Positions 26,501 through 39,182 of a stretch of DNA of 64,000 nucleotides are shown piece after piece. This DNA comes from the human T2T-CHM13v2.0 reference genome, Homo sapiens. The DNA is taken from assembly GCF_009914755.1 (NCBI RefSeq), contig NC_060929.1; one strand, written 5' to 3'. The notes under the pieces are model-generated. The model did not search any database, was not told the DNA's origin, and worked only from the letters and a program-made list of their open reading frames with translations. How positions within the stretch are numbered: the first letter of the stretch is position 1; each line of letters starts with the position of its first letter. A program made the translations under genes and the position numbers.

Positions 26501-28737
26501 TTTATTGGCTCCAGCATAGTGCCTGGCTCTTCACAGCCATTTAGGATTTGAGAAAATAAGAAATAAAAAATAATGTATCAAGGGATAAATTTTTCTTAAT
26601 TTGAGGCCTGGATTTCAGAACTAGTCCAGGGAGACAGGAACTGACTTTCTTTACTACACCTCTCAATGGGTCATTTTTGTTTGGAAAGGAGGATTAAGAA
26701 GAGTAAAGTGAGATCGATGAATTATTCTGCATTCAAAAAAGCAAGAGTTGTTTAGTATGGGATAGAAAACAAGGAAGGAAAAGAAAAGTGGTTGGGCAAG
26801 AGAGAGAATGGCCAGCTGCATGGTGGGAAGCTGAGTAATGAATAAGAGACAAGAAGTAAAAATTAAGTGGGCATGCTGGACTTCTAGAATGGCTGTATGA
26901 CAGACCCAGTATAGTCTCAGTACCAAAACCACTTAACTGGTTAAAATTTTTTTTTTTAATCATATAAAGTCTCTGGAAGTGTCACAAGCATATGCAGCAA
27001 ATGGAGGAACACATATTCAATAAAATCTACTGAATCTCAGTAAGAACAGAAAATCTGTGGCATTTGAACCATGATCAGCTTCCACCCCAAGCCCCACTCA
27101 TTATGGGATCTCTGCATGAGGGAGGTGTAGCCAAGAAGATGGGGCTATCTCCACCCCCAGCTTGCAGTCCAATGCTGTGCTTTCCAGATCAGGCTGCTTC
27201 TATCTCTCAACACTCCATTTCTTTATTGTAGACGCTCTCCTCCCAGTGGGAATGGTGGAGGGGACTCAGGTTTCCTTCACCCACCCAATTCCCACTTTGG
27301 GGCAGAAGCTGTATTCCAGGAATGGCAAGTCAGGAATATTGAGGACCCATTAACCCCACCCAAACAAGCTAATAGGGCAGAGGATCTATGCTTGAAGAAG
27401 GAAAACAAGAAGATCAAAGGCTATCAAAACCTCCCTCTGTCTCCGTCCTGTAGAGCAGGGAGTGTCATTCGGGTTCTGTCCAGAGAGAGGCAGACCAAGA
27501 AGGTAGGCCGTAAGGACAAAGAACTCCACAAATCTGCCTGAGAAAACTACCTTTATTTGGAACAGAGTATAGAAAATTGCACACTTAAGCATTAGAAACA
27601 ATGGCAAATTGGTGAAGATCAATTAAGAGGGGTTGGTAGTTCCATAATACTAGTAGCAACAAATGCAATGGAAAAGCAGAAGTTTCAAAGAGAAAGACAG
27701 GTACAGAAACAGCCAAGGAGAACTTTCCAGAGGTCACAGTCAACCCTGGAGGGTGGGAAGACTGACTGTACAAGCTGCAGACTGTGTGCAAGAGCAGGCA
27801 TTTCACAGCCATTTAGGATTTGTGTAAATAAGCAGTAAATAATAATATATCAAGGGATAAATTTTTGTTAATTTGAGGCCTGGATTTCAGAACTAGTCCT
27901 GGGAGAGAGAAACTAACTTTGTTTACCACCTCTCAATGGGTCATTTTTGCACCAAACACTGGTGCAAGAGGCTTGGTAGGCCCATCTGACTACACACTGA
28001 CTAGAAAATAAGCAATTCTGACCCAGGGGCTGTTCCTAGGAAGCCAGGCTTAAAAATAAAATCACACTCATCCCTACAGGTCTGGAAGACTGCGTGCATG
28101 TTCAAAACTGCATCTTTTCAGGGGTGACTAAAAAAGAAACTTCCAAGCCACTAGTCCCTGGTGGAATGTGGAACAAAAGCATAAAATCCCCAAACTATAA
28201 AACCAGCCCCTATGCCATACATGTATCCAATGATAAAAGATGAAATGTGCACGGGCTAAGGAGCTAAAGCACAACCTTTTGATGAAAAGTGGCTTTTGCT
28301 GACTTGAGACCTACCCCTGCACAGCTGAACTAAATGACAAAAACAAGGGGAAAATAATCTAAGCTGGGACATCAGAGCCTACACTGCCAGGGAAATAGAG
28401 TTCACAGAACTAGTTCAGCCGAGTCGCTAAACAAACAGATGAAACAAACAGAGAGCAAAAACAAGCCCCAGTCGGGGGAGAGGGGTAGAGTCAGTACACA
28501 GATTAGCTACAATACATTGTCTAAAATCGTCAAGATTTTAACAACAACAAAAAAATACAGAACATGCGGAGACATAGGAAAGATGACCCATATTCAAGGG
28601 TTTAAAGAGGAAGCAAAAGAAATTGTCTTTGAGGTGATATAGATGTTAGACTCAGCAGGCAGGCTTCAAAGCAGCTATTATAAATATGTTCGTATAACTA
28701 AAGGAAAGCCTGTTTAAAGACTTAAAAGAAAATATAG

Positions 28738-29957
28738 TTTTAGCTCTTTGAGGAATTGCCACACTGATTTCCACAATGGTTGAACTAACTCACCCTCCTG
28801 CCAACAGTGATAAGCACTCCCTTTTCTTGGCAACCTCTCCAGCACCTGTTATTTTTTGACTTTTTAGTAAATGGCCATTCTGAATGGTGCGAGGTGGTAT
28901 CTCATTGTGGTTTTGATTTGCACTTCTCTAATAATCAATGATATTGATGGTTTTTTCATGTGATTCTTGGTCACATGTATGTCTTTTTTTGAAAAGTGTC
29001 TGTTCTCATCCTTTGCCCACATTTTTTTCCTTTTATTTTATTTTATTATTATTATACTTTAAGTTTTAGGGTACATGTGCACAATGTGCAGGTTTGTTAC
29101 ATATGTATACATGTGCCATGTTGGTGTGCTGCACCCTTTAACTCGTCATTTAGCATTAGGTATATCTCCTAATGCTATCCCTCCCCCCTCCCCCCACCCC
29201 ACAACCATCCCCGGTGTTGTGATGTTCCCCTTCCTGTGTCCATGTGTTCTCATTGTTTAATTCCCACCTATGAGTGAGAACATAATGGGGTTATTTTTTC
29301 TTGTAAATTTGTTTAAGTTACTTGTAGATGCTGGATATTAGACCTTCATCAAATGCATAGTTTGCAAATATTTTCTCCCATTCTGGAGATTATGTGTTTA
29401 GTCCATTGATAGTTTCTTTTGCTATGCAGAAGCTCTTAAGATGAATTACATCCTGTCAGTTTGTGCTTTTGTTATGATTGCTTTTGGCACCTTTGTTATG
29501 AAATCTTTGCTCATTCCTATGTCCAGAATGGTATTGCCCAGATTGTCTTCTAGAGTTTTTATAGTTGTGGGTTTTACACATAAGTCTTTAATCCATCTTG
29601 AGTTAATTTTTGTATATGGTGTAAGGAATGTTTCAATCTTCTGCATATGTATAGCCAGTTATCCCAGCACAGTTTATTGAATAGGGAGTCCTTTCCCCAT
29701 TGTTTGTTTTTGTCAGCTTTGTCGGCAATCAGAGAACACATGGACACAAAAAGGGAAACAACAGACACCTGGGCCTACCTGAGGGTGGAGTGTGGGAGGA
29801 GGGAGAGGAGCAGAAAAAAATAAGTATTGGGTACTAGGCTTAGTACCTGGGTGATGAAATAATCTGTACAGCGAACCCCTATGACACAAGTTTGCCTATA
29901 TAGCAAACCTGCTGCTCATGTACCCCTGAACCTAAAATATAAGTAAAAAAAAAAAAG
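28738..29957. mobile_element. 5'-inverted (twin-primed) primate L1: antisense ORF2 part ~28738-29732, sense 3' end ~29732-29957
   Basis: Minus-strand ORF2 peptides ([26 protein letters not shown]) abut a plus-strand 3' UTR with poly(A). Degenerate TSD AAAAGAAA(A/G)TA. Confidence 0.85.
29022..29283 (-). mobile_element. Younger L1PA 3' end nested in the inverted L1
   Basis: T-rich tail followed by TTATACTTTAAGTTTTAGGGTACATGTGCACAATGTGCAGG...CCCACCTATGAGTGAGAACAT. Confidence 0.92.
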
Positions 29958-30089
29958 CAAAAGAAAGTAGGATCATAAAGAGTCATCAAATAGAGAACAT
30001 TAATAAAAGAAATTATATGAAGAATCACATGAAAATTCTGGAGTTGAAAAGTACAATACTGAAATGGAAAAAAAATCACTAAAGGAATG

Positions 30090-30997
30090 TGTATTAGTTT
30101 GCTAGAGATTTCATAACGAGATATCACAAACTGGCCGGCTTTAACAACAGAAATTTATTTTTGCATAGTGCTGGAGGCTAGAAGTCTTAGATCAAATTGT
30201 CCACGGTCTTGTTTCCTTCTAAAGGAGCAATTTGTTCCGTGCCTGTCTCCTAGCTTCTTTTGGTTTGCTGGAAATCTTTGGTGATCCTTCACTTCTCCAG
30301 CATCACCTCAATCTCTTCCTTTATCTTTACATGGGATTCTTCTTGTGTGTGTCTCTGGCTCCAAATATCTATATTAGTCAGGGTTCTCTAGAGGGACAGA
30401 ACTAACTGGATAAATACATATAAAGGGGAGTTTATTAAGTAGTATTAACTCACACAATCACAAGGTCCTACAATAGGCCATCTGCAAGCTGAGGAGCAAG
30501 GAGAGCCAGTCCAAGTCCCAAACCTGAAGAACTTGGAGTCCAATGTTTGAGGGCAGGAAGCATCCAGCACAGGAGAAAGATGTAGGCTGGGAGGCTAAGC
30601 CAGTCTAGCCTTTTCACATTTTTTTCTGCCTGCTTTATGTTCTGGCCATGCCAGCAGCTGATTAGATGGTGCCCGCCCAGATTAAAGGTGGGTCTGCCTT
30701 TCCCAGCCCACTGACTCAAATGTTAATCTCCTTTGGCAACACCCTCACAGGCATATCCAGGAAAAATGCTTTGCATCCTTCAATCCAATCAAGTTGACAC
30801 TCAGTATGACCATCACAGTTCCCTTTTTATAGAGGCACCAGTCTTTTTAGATTAAGGGCCCACTTTATTCTAGTATGACTTTATATTAACCAATTACACC
30901 TGCAACAACCCTATTTCCAAGTAAGGTCACATGCTGTTGTATTAGCGGTTAGGACTTCATTATATAAATCTGGAGGGCCACAGCTCAACCCATAACA
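30090..30997 (-). mobile_element. MLT1 (MLT1C-like) LTR split by an MLT2A LTR
   Basis: TGTATTAGTTTGCTAG...CCCTATTTCCAAGTAAGGTCACAT...CAACCCATAACA termini. Confidence 0.8.
30370..30817 (-). mobile_element. MLT2A-like (HERVL) solo LTR
   Basis: TATTAGTCAGGGTTCTCTAGAGGGACAGAACTAA...CAATCCAATCAAGTTGACACTCAGTATGACCATCACA. Confidence 0.88.
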
Positions 30998-31141
30998 GGT
31001 GTGAAAGTAGATCTGCATTGACAGAAGAAAGAATCAGCAAACTTGAGGATAGATCAATGGAGATTACAAAATCTGAAGCAACAGATGAAGTGGAAGATAG
31101 ATCAGTATAGAAGATAGATCATAAAGATAGAAGATAAACTT

Positions 31142-31497
31142 TGTATGATTCCATTCTCATGCTGCTATGAAGAAATAATCAAGACTGGGTAATTTATAAA
31201 GAAAAGAGGTTTAAGTAACTCACAGTTCCTCATGTCTGGGGAGTCCTCAGGAAACTTAATATTACGGTGGATGGTACCTCTTCATTGGGCGGCAGAAGAG
31301 GGAATGACTGTCCAGCGAAGAGGGAAGCCCCATAAAAACCATCAGATCTCACGAGAACTCACTCACAATCATGAGAACAGCATGGGGGAAACCACCCCCA
31401 AGATTTAATTATCTCCACCTGGTCCCACCCTTGACATATGGGGATTGTTACAACTCAAGGTGAGATTTAGGTGGAGACACAGAGCCAAACCATATCA
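31142..31497 (-). mobile_element. Solo THE1/MST-type LTR with TSD AACTT
   Basis: TGTATGATTCCATTCTC...CACAGAGCCAAACCATATCA, with AACTT at 31137-31141 and 31498-31502. Confidence 0.9.
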
Positions 31498-31919
31498 AAC
31501 TTGAAGGTAGATCAACAGACATTATGAAATCTGAAGAACAAAAACAAAAATGAATTTTAAAAGATGAACAGAGCCTCAAGAAATGTGGGATATCATTAAG
31601 CACAACAACATATGCATAATAGATGGAAAGACCAGAAGAGGAGCAAAAAAATATCTTCGAAGTCATGGATGAAAACCAGCTGCAGTTGGAGAGCTGAGGT
31701 AGGGAGCAAGAAAAGAGATCGGAACTAGGAAAATAGGTAGGGTAAAGAAATGACAGAAAACTATTTTATAACAGCATTCTCTGTTCAATTTTACTTTCTA
31801 TTATTTACTGTGTTTTGTAATCCTATCACCACATTAGCCAACTCTGCAATAAAAAGTCTACTACACACAATGGCCATATGTGATTATTGTTGGAGAAAAT
31901 TCAGGAAAAGAACCACTGA

Positions 31920-32477
<558 letters not shown>

Positions 32478-33789
32478 CTATTTTTCAGATGATACAGAAT
32501 GAAGGCTTTATGGAAAAAGAAGAACTTTGTCTTAATTGCTTTTTCCTAAATTGCCACATGGCTTCAAACTAATGTTTAAACAGTGAGCTGCAGAGTATAT
32601 GAATTCATGTTGCTTCTTCCTTATTTCTCAGATAAATATGTGTGTTCTTCTTTTAGGGACTGTTTAATTCCCATCGCATTTTTGCATACCTAGGAGAATA
32701 GGAGTAAGTCAAACTTACAACTGTGAACTCTGCTATGAGATCATTTCCTCATCTTTCAATATCAATCTTCTCACCAGGGGGAAAGAATTGCAAACGTCTT
32801 GGCTGCAGGCTCACTTCACACTACATAAAAACCTCAGCTATATCCAAGCAGCAAGCATTCCAAAAGGAACCTGCCATTCTCACCATCTTAAATCTCTTCA
32901 AAAATAGCGTACTTATTTTGTTCAAGATGAAGACTTCTTTGTAAAATGTAAAAACTATTTAATAAAGACTCTGTAAATCTTACTCTGAGGTAAACTGTGA
33001 ATAGTCAATAGGTATGCGAATCCAAAGAGTGAGGTGCACCTGCAGAAGTCTTTCTCTCTTTCTTTGATGAGAATGTCATCATGGGGGCGGTGGGGGGCTT
33101 ATATTCTCAACTGCACAAACCACTACAGCTGCCCTCTTGTTCTCCGTCACACTGTAAGAACAGCCTTTCTTTTGAATAAGAAATGCTAACTATGATATCA
33201 TACTTCTCCTTCAAACAGAAAATTATTTTTCACAGAACACACTGTCCCTGAGACCCAGCACAGCGAATGGGCAGTTGAGAAATGAGCAGTACAGGCTCCA
33301 GCCCCTGAGTGCACCTGCAGGTCAGAGCATCACTGATAGGGCAGGTGTTTATCTCCAGGCTGAGTTCCAGAGTGTGCTGATAAAGACTAGTTAAGATGAA
33401 TGTCAGGGATACTGAACTGAATCTTGGGCATTTAAAGGACTGAAAATATGAAAATAAGCACAGCAGCCAGGCACAATATACAACTTACTTGCTCTGTAAC
33501 CTTGGCCCCTAACCAAATTAATTTTATCAAGCTTTCTCAGATGTAAAATGAAGATAATTTTTACCTCACAAGGTTGTTCTGGGACATAAGTGAGACACTG
33601 TGGATATTCCACCTAAGTTGATGAATGTTGGCTCTTTTTCCTACTGTCTGCTCCAGCTTGTAAAATAGATCCAAAATGAAGTCTTTACAGAAAGAGATGA
33701 AATATTATATGAATATTATATGAATCTTTACAGAAAGAGATGAAATATTTTACAGAAATATTTTTATAAATATCTCTTTCAAAAAATTT

Positions 33790-34497
33790 TTTTTTGTTTT
33801 TGTTTGTTTTAGATTGGAGGGGTTGATCATTTGTTTGTTTGAGACAGGGTCTCCCTCTGTCACCCACCCAATCTGGAGTGCAGTGGCAGCATAATCATGG
33901 CTCACTATAACCTGGGACTCTTGGGCAGTGTTTTTCCACCTCAGACCACTGAATGGTTGGAACTACAGGTATGTACCACCAAGCCTGGTCAATATTTTTC
34001 ATAATTTTTTTTTTGTAGACACAAGGTTTCACTAGTTGCCCAGAGGGATCTCGAACTCCTGGGCTCAAGCAATCTGCCTGCCTTGGCCTCCCAAGGTGCT
34101 GGGATTACAGATGTGAAACATAAAGATATGGTTTGGCTGTGTCCCCATCCAAATCTCATCTTGAATTGCCATGTGTGGTGGGAGGGACTCGGTGGGAAGT
34201 AATTTAATGATGGGGGCAGGTCTTTCCTGTGCTGTTCTCCTGAAAGTGAATAAGTCTTACAAGATCTGAGGGTTTTAAAAACGGGAGTTTTCCTGTACAA
34301 GTTATCTGTCTCTCTTTGCCTGCTGCCATCCATGTAAGACATGACTTGCTCCTCCTTGCCTTCTGCCATGATTGTGAGGCCTCCCCAGCCATATGGAACT
34401 TTAAAACCATTAAACCTCTTTCTTTTGTAAATTGCCCAGTCTTGGGTATATCTTTATCAGCAGCGTGAAAACAGACTAATACACACCGCACCTGGCC
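33790..34497 (-). mobile_element. Old Alu (J-like) interrupted near its 5' end by a THE1 LTR
   Basis: Antisense Alu from GAGACAGGGTCTC to GGGATTACAGATGTG, resuming as CACCGCACCTGGCC at 34484-34497. Confidence 0.85.
34124..34483 (+). mobile_element. Solo THE1 LTR inside the Alu
   Basis: GATATGGTTTGGCTGTGTCCCC...GCCTGCTGCCATCCATGTAAGAC...CAGACTAATACA. Confidence 0.92.
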
Positions 34498-35734
34498 TAT
34501 TTTTGGTTTTCAATAAACACAGTGTGGAGAATTCATGACTATAATTTAGAACAGAAGGAGGTTTGAGCGGAAAACAATTTTCAATGCTCAGATAAAGAAG
34601 AGTGATGAGAATACTCATTTCACATACAGACATCACACTTAATATCACTTTCTGAGAAATTATTAATCATAAACATAAAGTCATTATGAGACAGAAAATA
34701 CCACAGGGCCCTTGTATCCCCTTTTATAGATAGTGAGTAGGGAGCCTGTACATAGAGAAAAGAACCATATCCTACCAATTCCATTAAGCCTGTTGCGTTT
34801 CCAGAAATATGCCAGCAGTTGGCAAATGCTCGTTGGTTGATAAACTGATGGACTGGTTCATTATAAAATGACAGACAGTATGTGAGATTGCTACACGGAA
34901 AAACATTTCTAACCCTGGCTAAACATTCCTACCCTGAGTAGTGAGTAGTTCTCCACCCTTTTGCAATATAGTGTCTGCTTCTCAGTTTTTGCATCTATGT
35001 GGATGAACAGGAGGCAGGTGGCAGGAGTTACACTCATGTTTTGGTTCTAATTGGCACTTTTTAAATTTTCTGCAAAATAAAAGTAATTTTGTTAGCCAAC
35101 CCTCAAGCAATTGACTAACTGATCCTTTTAGCAAGTTGGCAGAATTTTTCTAGGATGGTTGCAGTTTAGAAATGCTGTTTTTAAGGAGACCCATAGGGCT
35201 GATATTGAATGACTGAATAGCTTGGAGAAGCTTAAACTAGAACCTCCTGGGATTTACTAGAGCTGCTGGAAAGTGTATTTCCCTGTGCTTTCTAATGAGT
35301 CAACGTCCACTGTTTGCTATGTGAAGAGGCAGGGCATCATAAATGGTTAATAGCACATTCTGGGAAACAACAGATCTGGACTGAATTATGGCATCCAATC
35401 CCTGCTAACTAAGTGGCTTTGGGCAAGTTATTCAAACTCTCTGAGTCTTGTGATCCTCATCTATAAAATAGGCATGGACCACAATATTTGTGAGGTTTAA
35501 ATAAGTTAATACTGCAAAAGAGCTTTCTCAAACTTTAATGTTTAGGCAAATCAGTAGACATCTTGATCAAATGCACTCTGGTTGAATAGGTGTGGTGTGG
35601 AACCCAAGAGTCTGTGTTTCTAACAGACTCCCAGGCAATTGCAGTATTGCTGGCCCTCAGACCATCTTTTCGATAGTAAAGCTTTCAGGAAGTCACCTCA
35701 GTCCTGGCACATTGGAAATACTCAGTAAATACTA

Positions 35735-35785
35735 GATGATGATGATGATGATGATTATGACGATGATGATGATGATGATGATGAT
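35735..35785. repeat. (GAT)n trinucleotide repeat, interrupted
   Basis: GAT run with TAT and GAC interruptions at a MIR 3' end. Confidence 0.9.
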
Positions 35786-35929
35786 GGATTGCTTAAATGC
35801 CTAGAATAAAAGAACTCTGCAAGCCAGCCTTCCCTTTACCTACAGAATGTCTCAATAACTCTCTACCAACCCTCAAGACCAGTGTTTTTCAAGAGAAGTT
35901 TGCGTATAGGAAAAATATGGTAACATTAA

Positions 35930-36385
35930 CGCCATAGACTGAATAATGGCCACTCAAAAATATCATGTTCTAATCCCTGGAACCTGTAAATGTTACTTTA
36001 CCAGAAAAAAAGAATCTTTGCAGATGTGTTCATGAAGTTTAGAATTTTGAGATAAGATCATCCTGTACTATCTCAGTGGGCCCTAAATGCCATCACAGGT
36101 GTCTTTGTAAGAGAGAGAAGGAAACTAGACTCATATATGGAAGATGAAGTGATGAGAAGAGGCAGAGAAGAGTTAGATTACAACAAGCCAAGGAATGCCA
36201 GAAGCTTCCAGAAGCTGGAAAAGATCAGAAAGCATCCTCCCCTAGAACTTCCAGAGGGAGGACAGCTCTGCTGACACCTTGATTTTGGACTTCTGGCCTC
36301 CAGAACTCTGAGAGAATATGTTTCTATTGTTCTAAGCTACTAAGTTTGTGGAAATTTGTTACAGCATTTATAGGAAAGGAATACA
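35930..36385 (+). mobile_element. MLT1D-like LTR
   Basis: GAATAATGGCC...CTAATCCCTGGAACCTGTAAATGTTAC...CTGACACCTTGATTTTGGACTTCTGGCCTCCAGAACT. Confidence 0.8.
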
Positions 36386-36577
36386 ATGGTTTAATTATTT
36401 AATAAAACACTTATATGTATACAAGCTAAATTACTAATATCTCAAAGTTGTGCACTTTACAGAGTAAATTATTTCTCTTTATTTAAATAAGGATTCTGAC
36501 CTTCATGAAAAGCATAAAGATACTAATGGTATACTAACAATGAGATTTTATTTTTAGGAAATTAGAAAAATCATATA

Positions 36578-36846
36578 CAGTCATCCTTTGGTATCCATGG
36601 AGGATTGGTTCCAGGACATCCTTCAAATACCAAAATCTTGCAGATGCTCAAGTTTATTATATAAAATGGTGTAGTATTTGTATATAATCTATGCACATCC
36701 TGCTGTATGCATAATACTTGGCACACAGCAAAATTCAAGTTTTGCTTTGTGAAACTTTGTGGAATTTTATTTTCTGGCTATTTTTGATTCATAGTTGGTT
36801 GAATCCATGGATGTGGAACCCACCAATATGGAAGGCCAATGGTACT
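36578..36846. mobile_element. MER2-like Tigger-derived DNA element
   Basis: TA|CAGTCATCCTTTGGTATCCATGGAGGATTGGTTCCAGGAC...GGTTGAATCCATGGATGTGGAACCCAC. Confidence 0.8.
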
Positions 36847-37229
36847 ATGTTTCTGTGTAAAATGTGGAAGGTGTCAAAGAAAGTTATCCCCCTTCTAACA
36901 GGAGAAAAGGTCATATGAACTATGAATTATAACTTAGAGATCTGGAATTGAAGGGAACTTTGTTTTCTATGCTTCACTGGCCTACATTATTCTTTCACAC
37001 TTCAAGAAACACCCTTGGAATCTTGAAACAAGCATCTTTGCAGTTGGAGTACTGGGGGAGTTTACCCAGAAAATGTCTAATGCCATCCTTGCCCTTGGGT
37101 GCTCAGGATTCACCTCTCTGCAAACCCTCACATCTGAGGGTACTTGGTTGCATCAGCAAGCATCCTACCTGCTGTCCCTGAAAGAAACTGGAAACAAAAT
37201 GAGCACAGTTTGTCTTTTCAAAGGTAACC

Positions 37230-38680
37230 ACATGTTAAAAAGAATTTTAATGAGAAAAACTTACAACCCAGAATTCTATGCCCACCAGTTATATCTTGCA
37301 AAAAGGAAGAGGTAATAAAGACTTTTCCAGACAACAAATGCTGAAAAATGCCAGCAGAAATGCTCTTCGAGAATGTTCAAAGAAAGTCTTAAAGCAAAAA
37401 TCAGATGGTAGCAGATGCAAACTTAGATCTACACAAAGTAATGAAGAGTGAAGAAAATGAAAATAGTAAGATAAATATAAAAAACATTTCCCTTATTTTT
37501 AATCAGTCTAAAATGTAATTTACTATCACAAAAAGTAGTTTTACTGTATTATGGGGTTTATAATGCATGTAAGAGTGAAATGTATGACAAAAATAGCACA
37601 AAGGATGAGAGAGGGGAAATTGTAAGATTCTTATACATGAAGGGATACAATTTGAATGTAGACTGTGATAAGGAAAGATGTATATTGTAAACCTTTGTAA
37701 AAGAAAAACTGCACTGGACACTTATTAAAAATGGCAAGGAAGACTTTATTCAAGACTACTGAAATGCGGGGGGGAGCGGGGGAGATTGAACTTAACTCCA
37801 TTGAAGGATTTTTAAATGCTGGTGTGAGTTAATGGCCTCTACTGGATGACAGTGGAAAAGAGGTTAGTCAATGTGATTAGGGCACTTGTGTTTGCTAATT
37901 GTCACTTATCAAAGGGAGGCTCCCTACCCTCCCGTAGATACTGGGAGATAGAGGCTCTATCTATCTTTCTTGATTACATTTCAAAGGGATGGCTCCCAGA
38001 TTCTTGAGAAAGATTTATATTTTAAAAGGGGAGAGAAAGAATTTACCATTGCAACTTTTCTAGAGTAAATGCCCTTAAGAAAAGAGAATCAAGAGTCTAT
38101 GGTCAGAAAAAAGACTATCTAAGGTTCAGTCAATCTGAGGGGAACATTAGAGCTGTCTTGGTCACCTTAGGACATCCATCAAAAATAAGTAAAAATAAGT
38201 GAGCTGTAATTACTAGGTAAATATTGGAGATAAAATGGAATCATAAACAACATCCAACTCAAAAGCAGGCAGAATAAAATGAACAGAGAAGAGATGGGAC
38301 AAGTGGAAAACAACTAGTTAGACAGCACATTTAAATCAAACCTTATTTATAATTATATGAAATATAAATGGTCATTAAAAAAACAGAGGTTGTCTGACTT
38401 CATTAAAAAGCAAGACCTAACTAACTATATAAGAAACTCACTTTAAATATGAAGGCATGGGTAGTTTAAAACGCTAGAAAATAAAAGGGTACATAGATAG
38501 GATCAAAATACATCTGTAGTGGCTATATTAATATCAAACCAAGAAACATCAGAAAAATAAATATTGCCAATGATAAACAGGAATAACATTACATAATAAC
38601 AAAGAGGTCAAGTCACCATGAAGATGTAATAATTCTTAATTTGTGAATTATCTGGCAGCAGAGCGTCAAAATCCATGAAG
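37230..38680 (+). mobile_element. Old L1M ORF1-end/inter-ORF/ORF2-start remnant containing an LTR-like insert at ~37696-38164
   Basis: ATAAAGACTTTTCCAGACAACAAATGCTGA, AAGAAACTCACTTTAAATAT and GTGGCTATATTAATATCA are L1-like. The TG...CA bounded insert breaks collinearity. Confidence 0.6.
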
Positions 38681-39182
38681 AAATATGCAGCATCTTCTCA
38701 GCAGCATTTGGACCATCTGGGAGCTTGCTAGAGATGCAGAGTCTCAGGCCCTACCCCTGACCTTAAGGTTAAGGTCAGATGAATTAAGAATCTGCATTTA
38801 TAACAAGATCTCCACATAATTAAACTGCATCAGAAAATCTAAGAATACTGATATACATTATGCCACATTTCTAATAAAGAACAAACACTCAGGTGGTATG
38901 TTTGCATAGCAGTTTAAGAGAATGTGGCAGTTTCATGGTTTCATAGAGTAACAGCATTCAGCATTCAGCAACAATAGTATATAATAGAGATTTGAAAATC
39001 GAGGAATACTTAAAAGAGGCTTTATATGAGAAGCATTGCAGTATAACATTCTAAAAAGTAGTTTTCACCACCTCAACTCTCTTTAGTTATAAATTGCTCG
39101 AAGGATTTTTAACCACAAATGTGTATTTTCCAGTTGTTTTATTGGTGGGTGTTTTTGTTTTTAATGGTACCAACTAGTTCCA

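Larger units (their letters stand above)
26960..31680 (+). mobile_element. Old L1M 5' UTR/ORF1 remnant fragmented by several later insertions
   Basis: L1M-like CATATTCAATAAAATCTACTGAATCTCAGTAAGAACAG, CTTCAAAGCAGCTATTATAAATATGTTC, AAATTCTGGAGTTGAAAAGTACAATAC and GAACAGAGCCTCAAGAAATGTGGGATA occur in the expected order. Confidence 0.7.

Noticed and set aside
33682-33760. Short duplication TCTTTACAGAAAGAGATGAAATATT, and a similar one near 7590-7645
   Set aside because: Ordinary AT-rich slippage repeats.
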